Assembly (NCBI GenBank): GCA_963726395.1
Contig: CAVSCG010000027.1
Coordinates: 26,328 to 90,327, forward strand
DNA length: 64,000 bases
Source of the DNA: an uncultured delta proteobacterium
GTDB lineage: Bacteria; Desulfobacterota; Syntrophia; Syntrophales; Smithellaceae
Reading direction: 5' to 3'
Shown here: piece after piece, positions 9,584 to 20,391 of the stretch
Position numbering within the stretch: the first letter of the stretch is position 1
Layout: each line of letters opens with the position of its first letter
The notes under the pieces: generated by a model
The model's input: the letters and a program-made list of their open reading frames with translations, nothing else
Told to the model about the DNA's origin: nothing
The model's database searches: none
Made by a program: the position numbers and the translations under genes

Positions 9584-12500
9584 GTGGTAAAAGATAACGA
9601 AAAAGTTGGTGCAGTAATGGTGGTTGGCGCTGGAATCGCCGGCATTCAGGCCTCCCTTGATTTAGCCAATTCGGGAATGAAAGTCTATCTCGTCGAAAAC
9701 GGGATCAGCATCGGCGGCGTCATGGCCCAGTTGGATAAAACCTTTCCTACAAACGATTGTTCTGCCTGTATCCTTTCTCCGAAACTGGTTGAAGTTGGCC
9801 GTCATCCGAATGTTACGATCAAAACAAGACGCACTGTAGAATCCGTGGAAGGCGAGCCGGGGAAATTTAAAGTTAAGCTGACTTCCGCCCCGCGTTACGT
9901 AAATCTCGACAAATGCACGGGTGCGGAGACTGCGCCAATGTCTGCCCGATTACCGTCAAAGCCGCCTTCAATGGTGAGCTGAGCGAAAGAAAAGCCATCT
10001 ATCGACACTTCCCACAGGCCATTCCCAGCGGTTTTGCCATTGATAAACTGGGAACGTCGCCCTGCAAAGCCAATTGTCCAACCCACATCAGCGTTCAAGG
10101 TTATGTTGCGCTTATCGCTGAAGGAAAATTCAAGGAAGCCCTCAAGCTTATCAAGCAGGACAACCCGTTCCCCATTGTTTGCGGCCGCGTCTGTAACCAT
10201 CCATGCGAAACGGCCTGTATGCGCGGCAAAGTGGATGAACCGATCGACATTATGCATCTGAAGCGTTTTGTTGCGGATTTGGATCTGAACAGCGATACAC
10301 GCTATTTGCCCGAAAAGAAAGAAAGCAAAGGTAAGAAAGTCGCTGTGGTCGGCGCCGGACCTTCCGGACTTACCTGTGCCTACTATCTGGCGATTGAAGG
10401 CTATGATGTGGAGGTTTTTGAAGCCCTGCCGGTTGCGGGCGGCTGGATGGCCGTCGGCATTCCCGAATATCGTCTTCCCAAGAATGTCCTGAATGCGGAA
10501 ATTAAAGTCATTCAAGACCTGGGCGTCAAGATTCATCTCAACACAAGAATCGGCAAAGACATTTCCTTCGACAAACTTAAAAGCGATTATAGCGCAGTTT
10601 TCATCGGTTGCGGTACCATGAAGAGCAGCAAGCTCAATATTCCCGGTGAAGACATGCAGGGTGTCATCCATGGCGTGGATTACCTGATGCAGATTAATCT
10701 GGGTAAAAAAGTCTCCTTAGGCGACAGAGTCGCCGTTATCGGTGGCGGTAACGTTGCGATGGACGCGGTCCGCACAGCGGTTCGCACAGGATCCAAAAAT
10801 GTTTTCATCCTCTATCGCCGGACGCGCGCTGAAATGCCGGCTTCGCCCGAAGAAATCGAAGAAGCGATCGAAGAAGGAATTGAAATGAAATTCCTCGTTG
10901 CCCCGAAAAAAGTTGTGGGCAAGGATGGAAAAGTAACCGGTATAGAATGTACACGCATGGAACTGGGCGAGCCGGATGCCAGTGGTCGTCGCCGTCCCAT
11001 TGAAATTAAAGGTTCCGAATTTGTCGTCGAATGCGACGCCATTCTTCCTGCCATCGGCCAGGAAGCGGATTTGTCTTTCATTACCAAGGAGAGCGGCGTT
11101 TCCATCAACAAGTGGAACAATGTCGATTACGATAATGTGACTTACGCGACAAACCTTCCCGGCGTTTTCTCCGGCGGTGATGTTGTCACCGGTCCACAAA
11201 CCGTTGTGAAAGCTGTTTTTTCCGGTAAGGAAGCGGCCAAATCCATCGACCGCTATTTGCAAGGCGTTGATATGAAAGCCGGCCGTGAAAAAGACTGGAC
11301 CAAAGACCTGGCGGATAAAGCCGACGTTTCCAGCGTGCCCAAGGTTGCCCGGGAAAAATATCCAAACATGAAGCCGGAAGAACGCAAAACAAGCTTTCAG
11401 GAAGTAGGTATTGGCTTTGCCGAAGCCCGGGCGATTGCAGAAGCCAATCGCTGCTTGGCCTGCGGCATTTGTTCCGAATGTTATCAGTGCGTGGACGCCT
11501 GTATTGCCAAGGCCATTGATCACGATATGAAAATTGAAGAAGAAACGATTGAAGTCGGCGCCGTGATCGCGTCGCCCGGTTTTGAAATATTTGACGCCGG
11601 CAAGCGCGGTGAATATGGCTACGGCATTTATAAAAATGTTGTTACCGCGCTGCAATTTGAACGTATTCTGTCTGCGTCCGGTCCTTTCTTCGGCCATGTC
11701 CAGAGAATTTCCGACGGCAAGGAGCCCAAGAAGGTTGCTTTTATTCAATGTGTTGGTTCACGCGACGTTTCCTGCGGCAACAGCTGGTGTTCATCGGTTT
11801 GCTGCATGTATGCGACCAAAGAAGCCATCATTGGCAAGGAACACGCCAAGGGACTGGAACCCACCATTTTCTACATGGACATCCGCGCACATGGTAAGGA
11901 TTTCGACCGGTTTGTCAATCGTGCTAAGGATGAATATGGCATTCGTTACATCCGCTCCATGCCGTCCGTCATCAAGGAATTACAGCAGACCAACAATCTG
12001 CTCATCAAGTATGTAAACCAGGACGGCAGTTTTACGGAAGAAGAATTTGACATGGTCGTTCTGTCCGTCGGTCTCATGCCGCCCAAAGAAGCCAAAAAGC
12101 TTTCCGCAAGTCTCGGCATTGAGCTGGAGGGACACGGGTTCTGCAAGACTGATCTGGAAAATCCCGTTCAGACCTCGCGTCCCGGCGTCTTCGTTTGCGG
12201 AGCCTTCGGCGGACCCAAAGATATTCCTGAAACGGTTATGGAAGCCTCGGCTGCAGCAGCCTGTGCTGAAGGGCTCTTGGCCTCGAAGCGCGGCACGATG
12301 ATTACCCCGGCGGATAATCCGGAGGAAAAAGATCTGCGTGGCCAGGGTGTGCGCACCGGTGTATTCGTCTGCCATTGTGGTATCAACATCGGCGGTGTCG
12401 TCAATGTTCCCGAAGTCCGGGACTATGCCGCAACCCTGCCCACTGTTGTTTATACAGCCGATAACCTCTTCACCTGTTCGCAGGATACAGCGGTGAAGAT

Positions 12501-14010
12501 GGCGGAAGTCATTAAAGAAAAAAATCTCACCCGCGTGGTTGTGGCGTCCTGCTCCCCCCGCACGCACGAAGGGCTGTTCCAGGAAAACTGCGAGAAGGCG
12601 GGCCTGAACCGGTACCTGTTCGAGATGGCCAATATCCGCGACCAGAATTCCTGGGTGCATATGCATGAGCCGGAAGCAGCTACCCAGAAAGCAAAAGACT
12701 TGCTGCGCATGGCTGTGGCCAAGGCTCAGTATCTTAAACCGTTGAAACCAGGGCAGTTGTCCGTCAATCATCAGGCGTTGATTATCGGCGGCGGATTGGC
12801 CGGTATGTCCGCGGCGCTGTCGCTGGCCGATCAGGGATTTGCCTCCTTTATTGTTGAAAAAGAAGATCGCCTGGGTGGTAATTACAATCACCTGTATAAA
12901 ACACTCGAAGGATTGGATGCGCGCCTTCACCTGAAGGGCCTTCTGGAAAAGATTTACAAGAATCCTTTAATTACTGTTGTAACCAGCGCCCATATTGAAA
13001 AGATTGAAGGGTTTATCGGTAATTACAAAACCACCGTGAAGGCTAAAGACGGCGAGAAGGTATTCGAACATGGCGTGGTGCTGGTGGCTACCGGCGCTTA
13101 TGAGAATAAACCCAAAGAATACCTCTATGGCCAAAACGACAAAGTAAAAAGTCAAAGAGATCTGGAAACACTTATTTATGAAAAAGATTCGAAACTGGCC
13201 TCTGTGAAAAATGTCGTTATGATTCAGTGCGTGGGAAGCCGCGACAAGGAAAGACCTTATTGCAGCCGCTACTGTTGCTCCGAAGCGATCAAGAATGCCC
13301 TGGAACTGAAGGCAGCCGATCCGTCCCGCGATATTACCATCCTTTACCGTGATATCCGCACCTTCGCGTTCAAGGAAGACTATTACAAGAAAGCCCGGGA
13401 AGCGAATATCAAATTCATCTCGTTTGAAGAAAACCGCAAACCGGAAGTTGTGGCAGCAGGCGATAAGGTGGAAGTCAAAGTATTCGACCCGATTCTCAAT
13501 GAAGCGGTCAATCTGCCCGCGGATGTCGTGGCCCTGAGCATTGGCGTTGTGCCGAATCCGGAAAACGCAGCCATCGGCCAGATGTTGAAAGTGCCTACCA
13601 ATCAGGACGGTTTCTTCCTGGAAGCGCACGTTAAACTGCGCCCGGTAGATTTCGCAACCGACGGTGTGTTCATGTGCGGTATGTCGCATTCACCCAAGTT
13701 CAGCGATGAGACCATTACCCAGGCTAACGCCGCCGTCTCACGCGCCTGCCTGGTTCTAAGTCTTGATTTCATTGAGGCGGAAGGCAAGACGGCATACGTC
13801 AATAAAGATCGCTGTTCGGCTTGCGGTCTGTGCGAGATCAACTGCCCCTACAGCGCGATTCAGGTCAACGTTAATGAGGCCTGCGCCGAAGTCAACGCGG
13901 TTTTGTGCAAAGGCTGCGGCATCTGTACGGCGTCCTGCCGCATGAACGCGGTCGATTTGAACGGATTCAATAACGAAGAAGTGCTGGCACAGATATTTAA
14001 TTTAAACTAA
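9584..14010 (+). pseudogene. Large HdrA-like/NfnB(GltD)-like/HdrA-like fusion flavoprotein (HdrL type), reading frame broken once near 9921
   Basis: ORF 9584..9982 (GAGIAGIQASLDLA FAD fold, ...RYVNLDKCTG) continues in ORF 9913..14010 (GCGDCANVCP...) after a 1-nt shift. Internal GltD/NfnB-like module (NPFPIVCGRVCNHPCETAC, VVGAGPSGL, VIGGGNVAMD). Two HdrA signatures (QCVGSRD, CSSVCC/CSRYCC, FVCHCG). Confidence 0.85.
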
Positions 14011-14054
14011 GGTAACCGGCTGATAAAGCCGCATTGCCGCTGGAAGGAGAATAT

Positions 14055-14495
14055 ATGGCTGAAAGTTTAGTAAATAAGGAATGGGAACCGAAATTCGTTG
14101 CCATTGTCTGCAACTGGTGTACTTACGCGGGAGCCGATCTGGCGGGTATCAGCAGAATTCAGTATCCGACAAATGTCCGCATCATCCGCGTTCCCTGCAC
14201 GGGAAGAATAAATCCTTTTTATATCGTAAAAGCCCTGCAGACCGGAGCCGACGGCGTTCTGGTTTCGGGTTGACACCCGGGTGAATGCCACTATATCTCA
14301 GGAAATCTGGTGGCGCGGCGCAAGTTTGCGACGTTAAAAAGTTTCCTGAACTACATCGGTGTGGAAGGCGACAGAACCATATTTACGTGGGTTTCCGCAT
14401 CCGAAGGGGACAGATGGGCACAGGTCATCAAAGGCGCTACAGAGAAAATAAAGGCACTGGGGCCGGCCAAGAAGTTGATCAAACAGATTGGTTAA
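14055..14495 (+). CDS. mvhD: MvhD/FlxD-type [2Fe-2S] protein with in-frame TGA (putative selenocysteine) at 14271-14273
   Basis: ORFs 14034..14273 and 14310..14495 share one frame. ...[18 protein letters not shown] aligns with ...ADGVLVGG-C-HPGDCHY in the paralog 22365..22781. GGAAGGAGA RBS before the ATG at 14055. Confidence 0.8.
14286..14315 (+). promoter_or_regulatory. Candidate SECIS-like hairpin downstream of the UGA
   Basis: TGCCAC (14286-14291) can pair with GTGGCG (14310-14315, one G-U pair), starting 13 nt after the TGA. The apical structure is not resolved by eye. Confidence 0.3.
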
Positions 14496-14538
14496 TCTGA
14501 TTTTAAGATAAAAAAACATAAACGGGGAAATCATCACT

Positions 14539-15549
14539 GTGGAAAACATCGAAACAAAATTGCGGGAAGAAGCAAAAAGGCTGCTTTTGGAAAAGAAGGC
14601 TGATGTCATTATCGGCTATGAAAAAGGCACGCTTCCGTTAACGGCCACACCTTGTTTCATCACTAAGCCGGAAGAAGCCGACAAACTGGTTTGGGACAAC
14701 CTCTGCACTCAGAATCTGGCCAAGTTTGTACATGATTTGATCACGGCTCATAAGAATTCACAAAAGCGCGTGAAACCCGAAGACCGGAAGAAAAAGGTCG
14801 TAGGCGTTGTCGCCCGCGGCTGCACGACACGATCGCTCATTATTCACCTGCAGGAAAGACAGTATGAACGAGATGAAGTTTACGTTATCGGCGTTCCCTG
14901 CGACGGTTATGTGGACGGCAAAGGACTGAAAGTAAAGATTGGCGGCGCGGACATTGTGGAGGGATCGATTGAAGGCGGCCAGATCAAAATGAAGACATCC
15001 GACGGCGATAAAACAGTCACACTCAAAGATGTTTTAGCGGAATGCTGCCTGACCTGCCGTTTCAACAATCCCATTATTTCTGACGTTATGATCGGATCAC
15101 CGGCTCCGGCCATGAATCCCGATGCCGAGTACAACGACGTAAAAGAATTTGAAGCCAAATCCATGCAAGAACGATGGGCCTATTTTACCAAAGAGATGGA
15201 AAAGTGCATGCGTTGCAACGCCTGCCGTCAGGCTTGTCCGTCCTGCTACTGCCCGACTTGCTTTGTTGAACAGAGTCAGCCGCAATGGGTCGGCATCGGT
15301 GAAGACAAGACCGATACCCAGGTATTCCAGTTTATGCGTCTCTACCATATGGTTGGTCGTTGCGTGGATTGCGGATCCTGCGTTTCTGTTTGCCCGATGG
15401 GCGTTGATCTTCGAAAATTCCTCAAAAAGATTGACAAAGATGGCTGGGAAATGTTTGGTAACCGCGCGGGCTCCAGCATGGAAGATATGCCGCCTTTGGG
15501 CAGGTATGACGAACACCACGATAAACAGGATTTTATATACAACCCGTAA
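14539..15549 (+). CDS. Iron-sulfur protein, FlxC-like (2x[4Fe-4S] motifs)
   Basis: CMRCNACRQACPSCYC and CVDCGSCVSVCP motifs. It sits between mvhD and hdrC, and has a paralog at 22796..23702. Confidence 0.65.
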   Translation: MENIETKLREEAKRLLLEKKADVIIGYEKGTLPLTATPCFITKPEEADKLVWDNLCTQNLAKFVHDLITAHKNSQKRVKPEDRKKKVVGVVARGCTTRSLIIHLQERQYERDEVYVIGVPCDGYVDGKGLKVKIGGADIVEGSIEGGQIKMKTSDGDKTVTLKDVLAECCLTCRFNNPIISDVMIGSPAPAMNPDAEYNDVKEFEAKSMQERWAYFTKEMEKCMRCNACRQACPSCYCPTCFVEQSQPQWVGIGEDKTDTQVFQFMRLYHMVGRCVDCGSCVSVCPMGVDLRKFLKKIDKDGWEMFGNRAGSSMEDMPPLGRYDEHHDKQDFIYNP

Positions 15550-15572
15550 TTGTTTGAGATGATGGAGTTTAC

Positions 15573-16100
15573 ATGGAAACTTTTCTGGAAGAAGTAAACA
15601 AGAAGATACACGGCGTACCGCTGCAGGCCTGCTATCATTGCCGGAAGTGCACGGCCGGTTGTCCCACCGCGGCGCATATGGAATATAACCCCAACAAGGT
15701 TATTAAAATGATTCAAAACGGGCAGAAAGATAAAGTGCTCGCGAGCTCAACCATCTGGCTTTGCCTTTCTTGCGAAACCTGCATCACGCGCTGTCCCAAT
15801 CAGGTCGATATCGCTCGCATGATGGATGTGCTTCGCCAGATGGCTATAGAGTCCGGTATCGGTGCACGTGAGAAGAACATTTTGAAGTTCCATCAGGCGT
15901 TCCTTGCTGGAATTAAGCGTGGCGGTCGCATCAATGAACCCATGATGATGGCCCAGTATAAATTCACATCGGGAGATTTGTTCTCAGATGTTGCCATGGC
16001 TCCGGGTATGTTCCTGAAAGGAAAGCTGTCGCTTTTGTCTCCGCGGACAAAAGATATGAAATCGGTTAAAAATATTTTTGAGAAAACAAAAAGTATATAA
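15573..16100 (+). CDS. hdrC: Heterodisulfide reductase subunit C-like
   Basis: CYHCRKCTAGCP and CLSCETCITRCP ferredoxin motifs, 175 aa, directly upstream of hdrB. Confidence 0.8.
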   Translation: METFLEEVNKKIHGVPLQACYHCRKCTAGCPTAAHMEYNPNKVIKMIQNGQKDKVLASSTIWLCLSCETCITRCPNQVDIARMMDVLRQMAIESGIGAREKNILKFHQAFLAGIKRGGRINEPMMMAQYKFTSGDLFSDVAMAPGMFLKGKLSLLSPRTKDMKSVKNIFEKTKSI

Positions 16101-16174
16101 TGGGAAATTATTTCGTATCCGGCCGTCAGTGGCCTGATACGATGAAGTAACGAGGAAAAAAGGAGGCTACTCTC

Positions 16175-17023
16175 TTGAAAGTTTCATATTATCCGGGCTG
16201 TTCGCTACACGCGACGGGGAAAGAATATGATCAGTCCATGAAGGCCGTTAGTCGCGCCCTCAACATTGAACTCAAAGAAGTTGATGATTGGTCCTGCTGT
16301 GGTGCATCATCCGCGCACAGTACTAATTTTGATTTGTCCATCGCGCTGTCGGCGCGCAATCTCATCTCTGCCGAAAAAAATGCAATGGATGTCATGGTGC
16401 CTTGTGCTGCTTGCTTCAATCGTTTCAAAATGGCCGAACATCACTTAAAGGCTGACAAAGACCTTAAAGCAAAGATTGAAGGTGTCGTGGGTGCCAAGTA
16501 TCAAGGCGGCATTGCTATTCGCAATCCCATTGACATCATCTTCAATGAAATCGGCATTGACGCGCTGGCCGGAAAGGTCGTCAAGCCCTTAACCGGACTT
16601 AAGCCTGTCTCCTATTACGGCTGTCTCCTGCTTCGGCCGCCCGAGGTCTGCGAGTTTGAAAATTATGAAAATCCTTTCATGTTGGATAAGATGATGGGCG
16701 CCATCGGCGCCGACGTGAAAAACTGGTCTTACAAGACGGATTGTTGCGGCGGATCGCTGGCAATCAGCAAAACCAGTATCGTAGTCGATATGTGCGACAA
16801 GCTGATGAGCGCTGCGAAGGAAGCAGGGGCCAACTGTGTCGTGACCGCCTGTCCGCTGTGCATGGCCAACCTGGATATGCGACCCTCGAGCAGTTTGAAA
16901 CTGCCGGTATTTTATTTCACGGAATTGATTTCGCTGGCGATGGGACTGCCCGGATCGGCGGAAACTTTTAAATCGCACATGTTTGATCCTCAGCCGCTGA
17001 TGAGACAATTGAGGTTGATTTAA
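16175..17023 (+). CDS. hdrB: Heterodisulfide reductase subunit B-like (two CCG domains)
   Basis: The CCG motif occurs twice (DWSCCGAS..., KTDCCGGS...) with the flanking Cys pattern. Size is 282 aa. Confidence 0.85.
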   Translation: MKVSYYPGCSLHATGKEYDQSMKAVSRALNIELKEVDDWSCCGASSAHSTNFDLSIALSARNLISAEKNAMDVMVPCAACFNRFKMAEHHLKADKDLKAKIEGVVGAKYQGGIAIRNPIDIIFNEIGIDALAGKVVKPLTGLKPVSYYGCLLLRPPEVCEFENYENPFMLDKMMGAIGADVKNWSYKTDCCGGSLAISKTSIVVDMCDKLMSAAKEAGANCVVTACPLCMANLDMRPSSSLKLPVFYFTELISLAMGLPGSAETFKSHMFDPQPLMRQLRLI

Positions 17024-17097
17024 TTAATTGATAAGCTGATTATACCTGCCGCTTTTGAAGTTTAAAAGTTGGAGAAAATTCTAAATTAGGGACAATT

Positions 17098-18120
17098 ATG
17101 GAAAAACGTTTGATCAAAAAAGATGCACTAGCGGGCATTGCCAAGAAAATGGCCGGAGATTTCCTGGTTTGGGCGCCGGTAAAAAAGGAAGATAATGTTC
17201 TTTTTGAACCCTTACAGAAAGATGGCGAGCCATATTTTGCGTATTTGAATTCCAAGAACGCGCCGAAAAATGTTTTCTTTCCGCACACGGAAGCCATGAT
17301 GAAATTTACCCGCACGGAAAAAGGCATGGTATTTTCGTCAGAGGAAAGCAAGGCAGACCAGTCGGTTCTATTCGGTGTGCGCCCCTGTGATGCGCACAGC
17401 TTTGCGCTCCTGGATAAGCTCTTCGACCAGGAAAAATATCAAGATGCTTATTATGTCACTAAAAGGCAGAACACGACGGTTATCTCGATGGCCTGTGTGA
17501 AACCACCTTATGCGACTTGTTTTTGTACATCAGTTGACGGAGCACCCGTTGCTTCCGAGGGCGCGGATGTATTGCTGACGGATATCGACAGCGACTATCT
17601 GGTAGAACTGATCACTCCCAAGGGAGAAAAACTGGCCAAGTATTTTGGGGACGCCAAAGCCGATGCCGCCGCTGAAGCCAAGAAAAATGAAATCGCGGAA
17701 AAAGCCAAAGCGGCGATTAAATCCAAGATTCCCGCGCATGAAGTCAAACCAATTCTGGACAAGAATTTTGACAATCCTTTCTGGAACACGATTCACGGCA
17801 AGTGTCTCGCCTGCGGTACCTGCACCTATTTGTGCCCGACCTGTCATTGTTTCGACATCAGCGATGAAGTCAAAGGCGCAGACGGCGTGCGCATCCGGTC
17901 ATGGGACTCCTGCATGTTCCCGATGTTTACCAAGGAAACGTCGGGTCACAACCCGCGTTCTTCACAGAAGGAAAGATGGCGTCAGCGCACCATGCATAAG
18001 TTCAAATATTATGTGGACAATTTCAACGCGATTGCCTGTGTCGGTTGCGGCCGTTGTGTCATGAGTTGTCCTGTGAATATTGATATCCGTAAAGTTGTTG
18101 AAGATATTTCAAAATTATAA
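17098..18120 (+). CDS. Iron-sulfur protein, FlxB / AsrA / sulfhydrogenase-beta-like
   Basis: GVRPCD motif plus CLACGTCTYLCPTCHCFD and CVGCGRCVMSCP cluster motifs. Confidence 0.7.
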   Translation: MEKRLIKKDALAGIAKKMAGDFLVWAPVKKEDNVLFEPLQKDGEPYFAYLNSKNAPKNVFFPHTEAMMKFTRTEKGMVFSSEESKADQSVLFGVRPCDAHSFALLDKLFDQEKYQDAYYVTKRQNTTVISMACVKPPYATCFCTSVDGAPVASEGADVLLTDIDSDYLVELITPKGEKLAKYFGDAKADAAAEAKKNEIAEKAKAAIKSKIPAHEVKPILDKNFDNPFWNTIHGKCLACGTCTYLCPTCHCFDISDEVKGADGVRIRSWDSCMFPMFTKETSGHNPRSSQKERWRQRTMHKFKYYVDNFNAIACVGCGRCVMSCPVNIDIRKVVEDISKL

Positions 18121-18134
18121 ATAGGGAGTTAGTA

Positions 18135-18974
18135 ATGCAAAACCCGTATATTCCTTATCCCGTAGTGGTGGATAAAATCATTACTGAAGTTGATACCAAA
18201 GATATCAAGACTTTTCGTTTTAAGTTTGTTAATCCGGAGGACGAAGCAAAATACGCATACATTCCCGGACAATTTGGCGAGCTTTCCATTTACGGTAAAG
18301 GCGAATCGCCTATCGGTATCGCTTCTTCTCCGACGCAAAAAGGTTATGTCGAATTTACCGTCCAGAAAGCGGGTGTGGTCACCTCAGCGCTCCATGAAAT
18401 GGAAGAGGGAACCGTAATGGGGCTCCGCGGTCCGCTGGGTAACTCCTGGCCGCTGGAATTTCTGGAAGGAAAAAATATTGTTATTGTCGGCGGCGGATTT
18501 GCATTTACCACGCTTCGATCTCTGATCAACTACATGATTTTCGGTGACAACCGCAAACGCTTCGGTAACATCACCGTTATTTACGGTGCGCGAAATCCCG
18601 GTCTGTTGCTTTACAAAGATGAATTGATTGAATGGCAGAAACGAGACGATCTGAATATCAATGTAACCGTAGATAAAGGCGATGCGACCTGGAAGGGCAG
18701 GGAAGGTTTTGTTCCCGCAGTATGTAAGGAAGTTGCGCCCAGCAAAGAAAACGCGGTCGCGGTGATCTGCGGCCCCCCTGTCATGATCCGCTTTACGCTG
18801 CCGGTATTTTTTGATCTGGGCTTCTCCAAGGAGAACATCATTACCTCTCTGGAAATGCGAATGAAATGCGGCATCGGCAAATGCGGCCGCTGCAATGTCG
18901 GCAGCAAATACGTCTGCAAGGACGGTCCGGTATTTTCTCTGGCCGAGCTGGATAAACTGACACCTGAATACTAG
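18135..18974 (+). CDS. FAD/NAD(P)-binding oxidoreductase with C-terminal [2Fe-2S], FlxA / AsrB / sulfhydrogenase-gamma-like
   Basis: PGQFGELS FAD-binding motif, VGGGFAFTTLRS NAD fold, and C-terminal CGIGKCGRCNVG. Confidence 0.8.
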   Translation: MQNPYIPYPVVVDKIITEVDTKDIKTFRFKFVNPEDEAKYAYIPGQFGELSIYGKGESPIGIASSPTQKGYVEFTVQKAGVVTSALHEMEEGTVMGLRGPLGNSWPLEFLEGKNIVIVGGGFAFTTLRSLINYMIFGDNRKRFGNITVIYGARNPGLLLYKDELIEWQKRDDLNINVTVDKGDATWKGREGFVPAVCKEVAPSKENAVAVICGPPVMIRFTLPVFFDLGFSKENIITSLEMRMKCGIGKCGRCNVGSKYVCKDGPVFSLAELDKLTPEY

Positions 18975-19004
18975 AAAGTCCCGAATATTTTAAAAGTATT
19001 TTAA

Positions 19005-19030
19005 GGGAGCCTTTGGGTTCCCTTTTTTTT
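19005..19030 (+). terminator. Rho-independent terminator separating Flx/Hdr module 1 from module 2
   Basis: GGGAGCC-tttg-GGTTCCC stem (one G-U pair) followed by T8. Confidence 0.7.
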
Positions 19031-19155
19031 GAGGTGGCGAAGAATTATCCGCCGAACGTTTTCGTGAAGTTAAAAAAATTGATGTTTGGTTTTTTATATG
19101 CTAGCAAAAGCATGAAATCAGAGATCAATGATTCATCAATGACGGGAGATACGGA

Positions 19156-20331
19156 ATGTCACAAGCAGTTACACCTTATCTGGAGATGTCCCAGGCGATT
19201 ATGGAGGCGGGCGGTGAGGCGCTGAAAAAATGTTATCAGTGCGGCACCTGCACCGGCACATGTCCCTGGACGCCGATTACCCATTTCAATATCCGTAAGC
19301 TTATCCGATACGGCCAGCTGGGCTTGGACGGCATTGAGGACTTCATGTGGGGTTGCTCCACCTGCAAGTTCTGTGTGGATCGATGTCCCCGGGGCGTTGA
19401 AATCATCGACGTTGTCACAGCCATCCGCAATGTCTATAGCGGCGGAGGCATGCTGCCGCAGAGTCTGCGCGCCTTTGTCGGCTCCATGTCGGCGCGGGGC
19501 AATCCCTGGTCGGGCGATCAATCCAATCGCAATGACTGGGCCAAGAAAAAATATCCCCTATATTCCTCAGAAAAGGAATATCTGTTCTGGACATGCTGCA
19601 CGGTCTGCTATGATCCCCGCAATACCAGATTGGCAAAAGCTACAGCCGAATTATTGAATCAGTCAGGTTTGAGTTGGGGATTGCCGTCCGTGGATGTTAA
19701 CTGCTGCGGCGAGAGCTTGAAAAAAGTCGGCGATCTGGAACTGTTTGACAGGCTCAAAAACAACAATGTGGACTATTTTAAATCTAATGGCGTTTCCAAA
19801 ATTCTGACCGTGTCCCCTCATTGTCTGGTCACATTTAAAAAAGAATACGGCGAAGATTACGATGTGATGCACTTCAGTGAATTGCTGGCCGTTTTGATTA
19901 AGGAAGGGAAACTGAAGCCTAAGAAGGATTTCGGCGGCGTCAAGGTTACCTATCACGATCCCTGTTATTTGGGCCGGCACAGCGGCGTTTATGACGCGCC
20001 CCGCGACGTGCTCAAGTCCATACCGGGGCTTGATTTTGTTGAGATGGAACGCAGCCGCGAGCAAAGCATGTGCTGCGGCGGTGGTGGCGGCGGATTGTGG
20101 ATGGAAAAACTGAAAGGCGAACGCTTAAGCGATTTAAGAATTGAAGAGGCGCTGGCGACTGGCGCGTCTGTTCTGGCGACGGCCTGCCCCTATTGTATCA
20201 CCATGTTTGAAGATAGTGTCCGGACACTCAACGTTGATGATCGGCTTAAGATCAAAGACGTAACGGAGCTTTTCCTGGAAAGCCTCCAAATTAATATCGA
20301 CGAGCCGGTTGTGGCTGCGTGTAGCGTCTAG
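19156..20331 (+). CDS. HdrD-like Fe-S oxidoreductase (fused HdrC-like ferredoxin and HdrB-like CCG domains)
   Basis: CYQCGTCTGTCP and CSTCKFCVDRCP motifs, then CCGES and CCGGGGGG CCG motifs. Confidence 0.8.
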   Translation: MSQAVTPYLEMSQAIMEAGGEALKKCYQCGTCTGTCPWTPITHFNIRKLIRYGQLGLDGIEDFMWGCSTCKFCVDRCPRGVEIIDVVTAIRNVYSGGGMLPQSLRAFVGSMSARGNPWSGDQSNRNDWAKKKYPLYSSEKEYLFWTCCTVCYDPRNTRLAKATAELLNQSGLSWGLPSVDVNCCGESLKKVGDLELFDRLKNNNVDYFKSNGVSKILTVSPHCLVTFKKEYGEDYDVMHFSELLAVLIKEGKLKPKKDFGGVKVTYHDPCYLGRHSGVYDAPRDVLKSIPGLDFVEMERSREQSMCCGGGGGGLWMEKLKGERLSDLRIEEALATGASVLATACPYCITMFEDSVRTLNVDDRLKIKDVTELFLESLQINIDEPVVAACSV

Positions 20332-20391
20332 AATCTGAAATAGCAATATCCCGGTCGGACGTTAAAGAAGTCAATAAAGCTAGGAGAAAGT

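Noticed and set aside
9895-13689. A series of long minus-strand ORFs (9895..10671, 10717..11748, 11980..12930, 12967..13689) opposite the HdrL-type gene
   Set aside because: They are antisense shadows of a strongly supported + strand gene. They have low-complexity, Arg/Gly/His-rich translations with no motifs or RBS. The + strand frame carries all the recognisable Fe-S and FAD motifs.
16589-17008. Antisense ORFs within hdrB (16589..17008), the redoxin gene (42108..42650) and the second AMP-ligase gene (44183..44821)
   Set aside because: Each sits opposite a gene with clear family motifs. None has an RBS or a recognisable domain.
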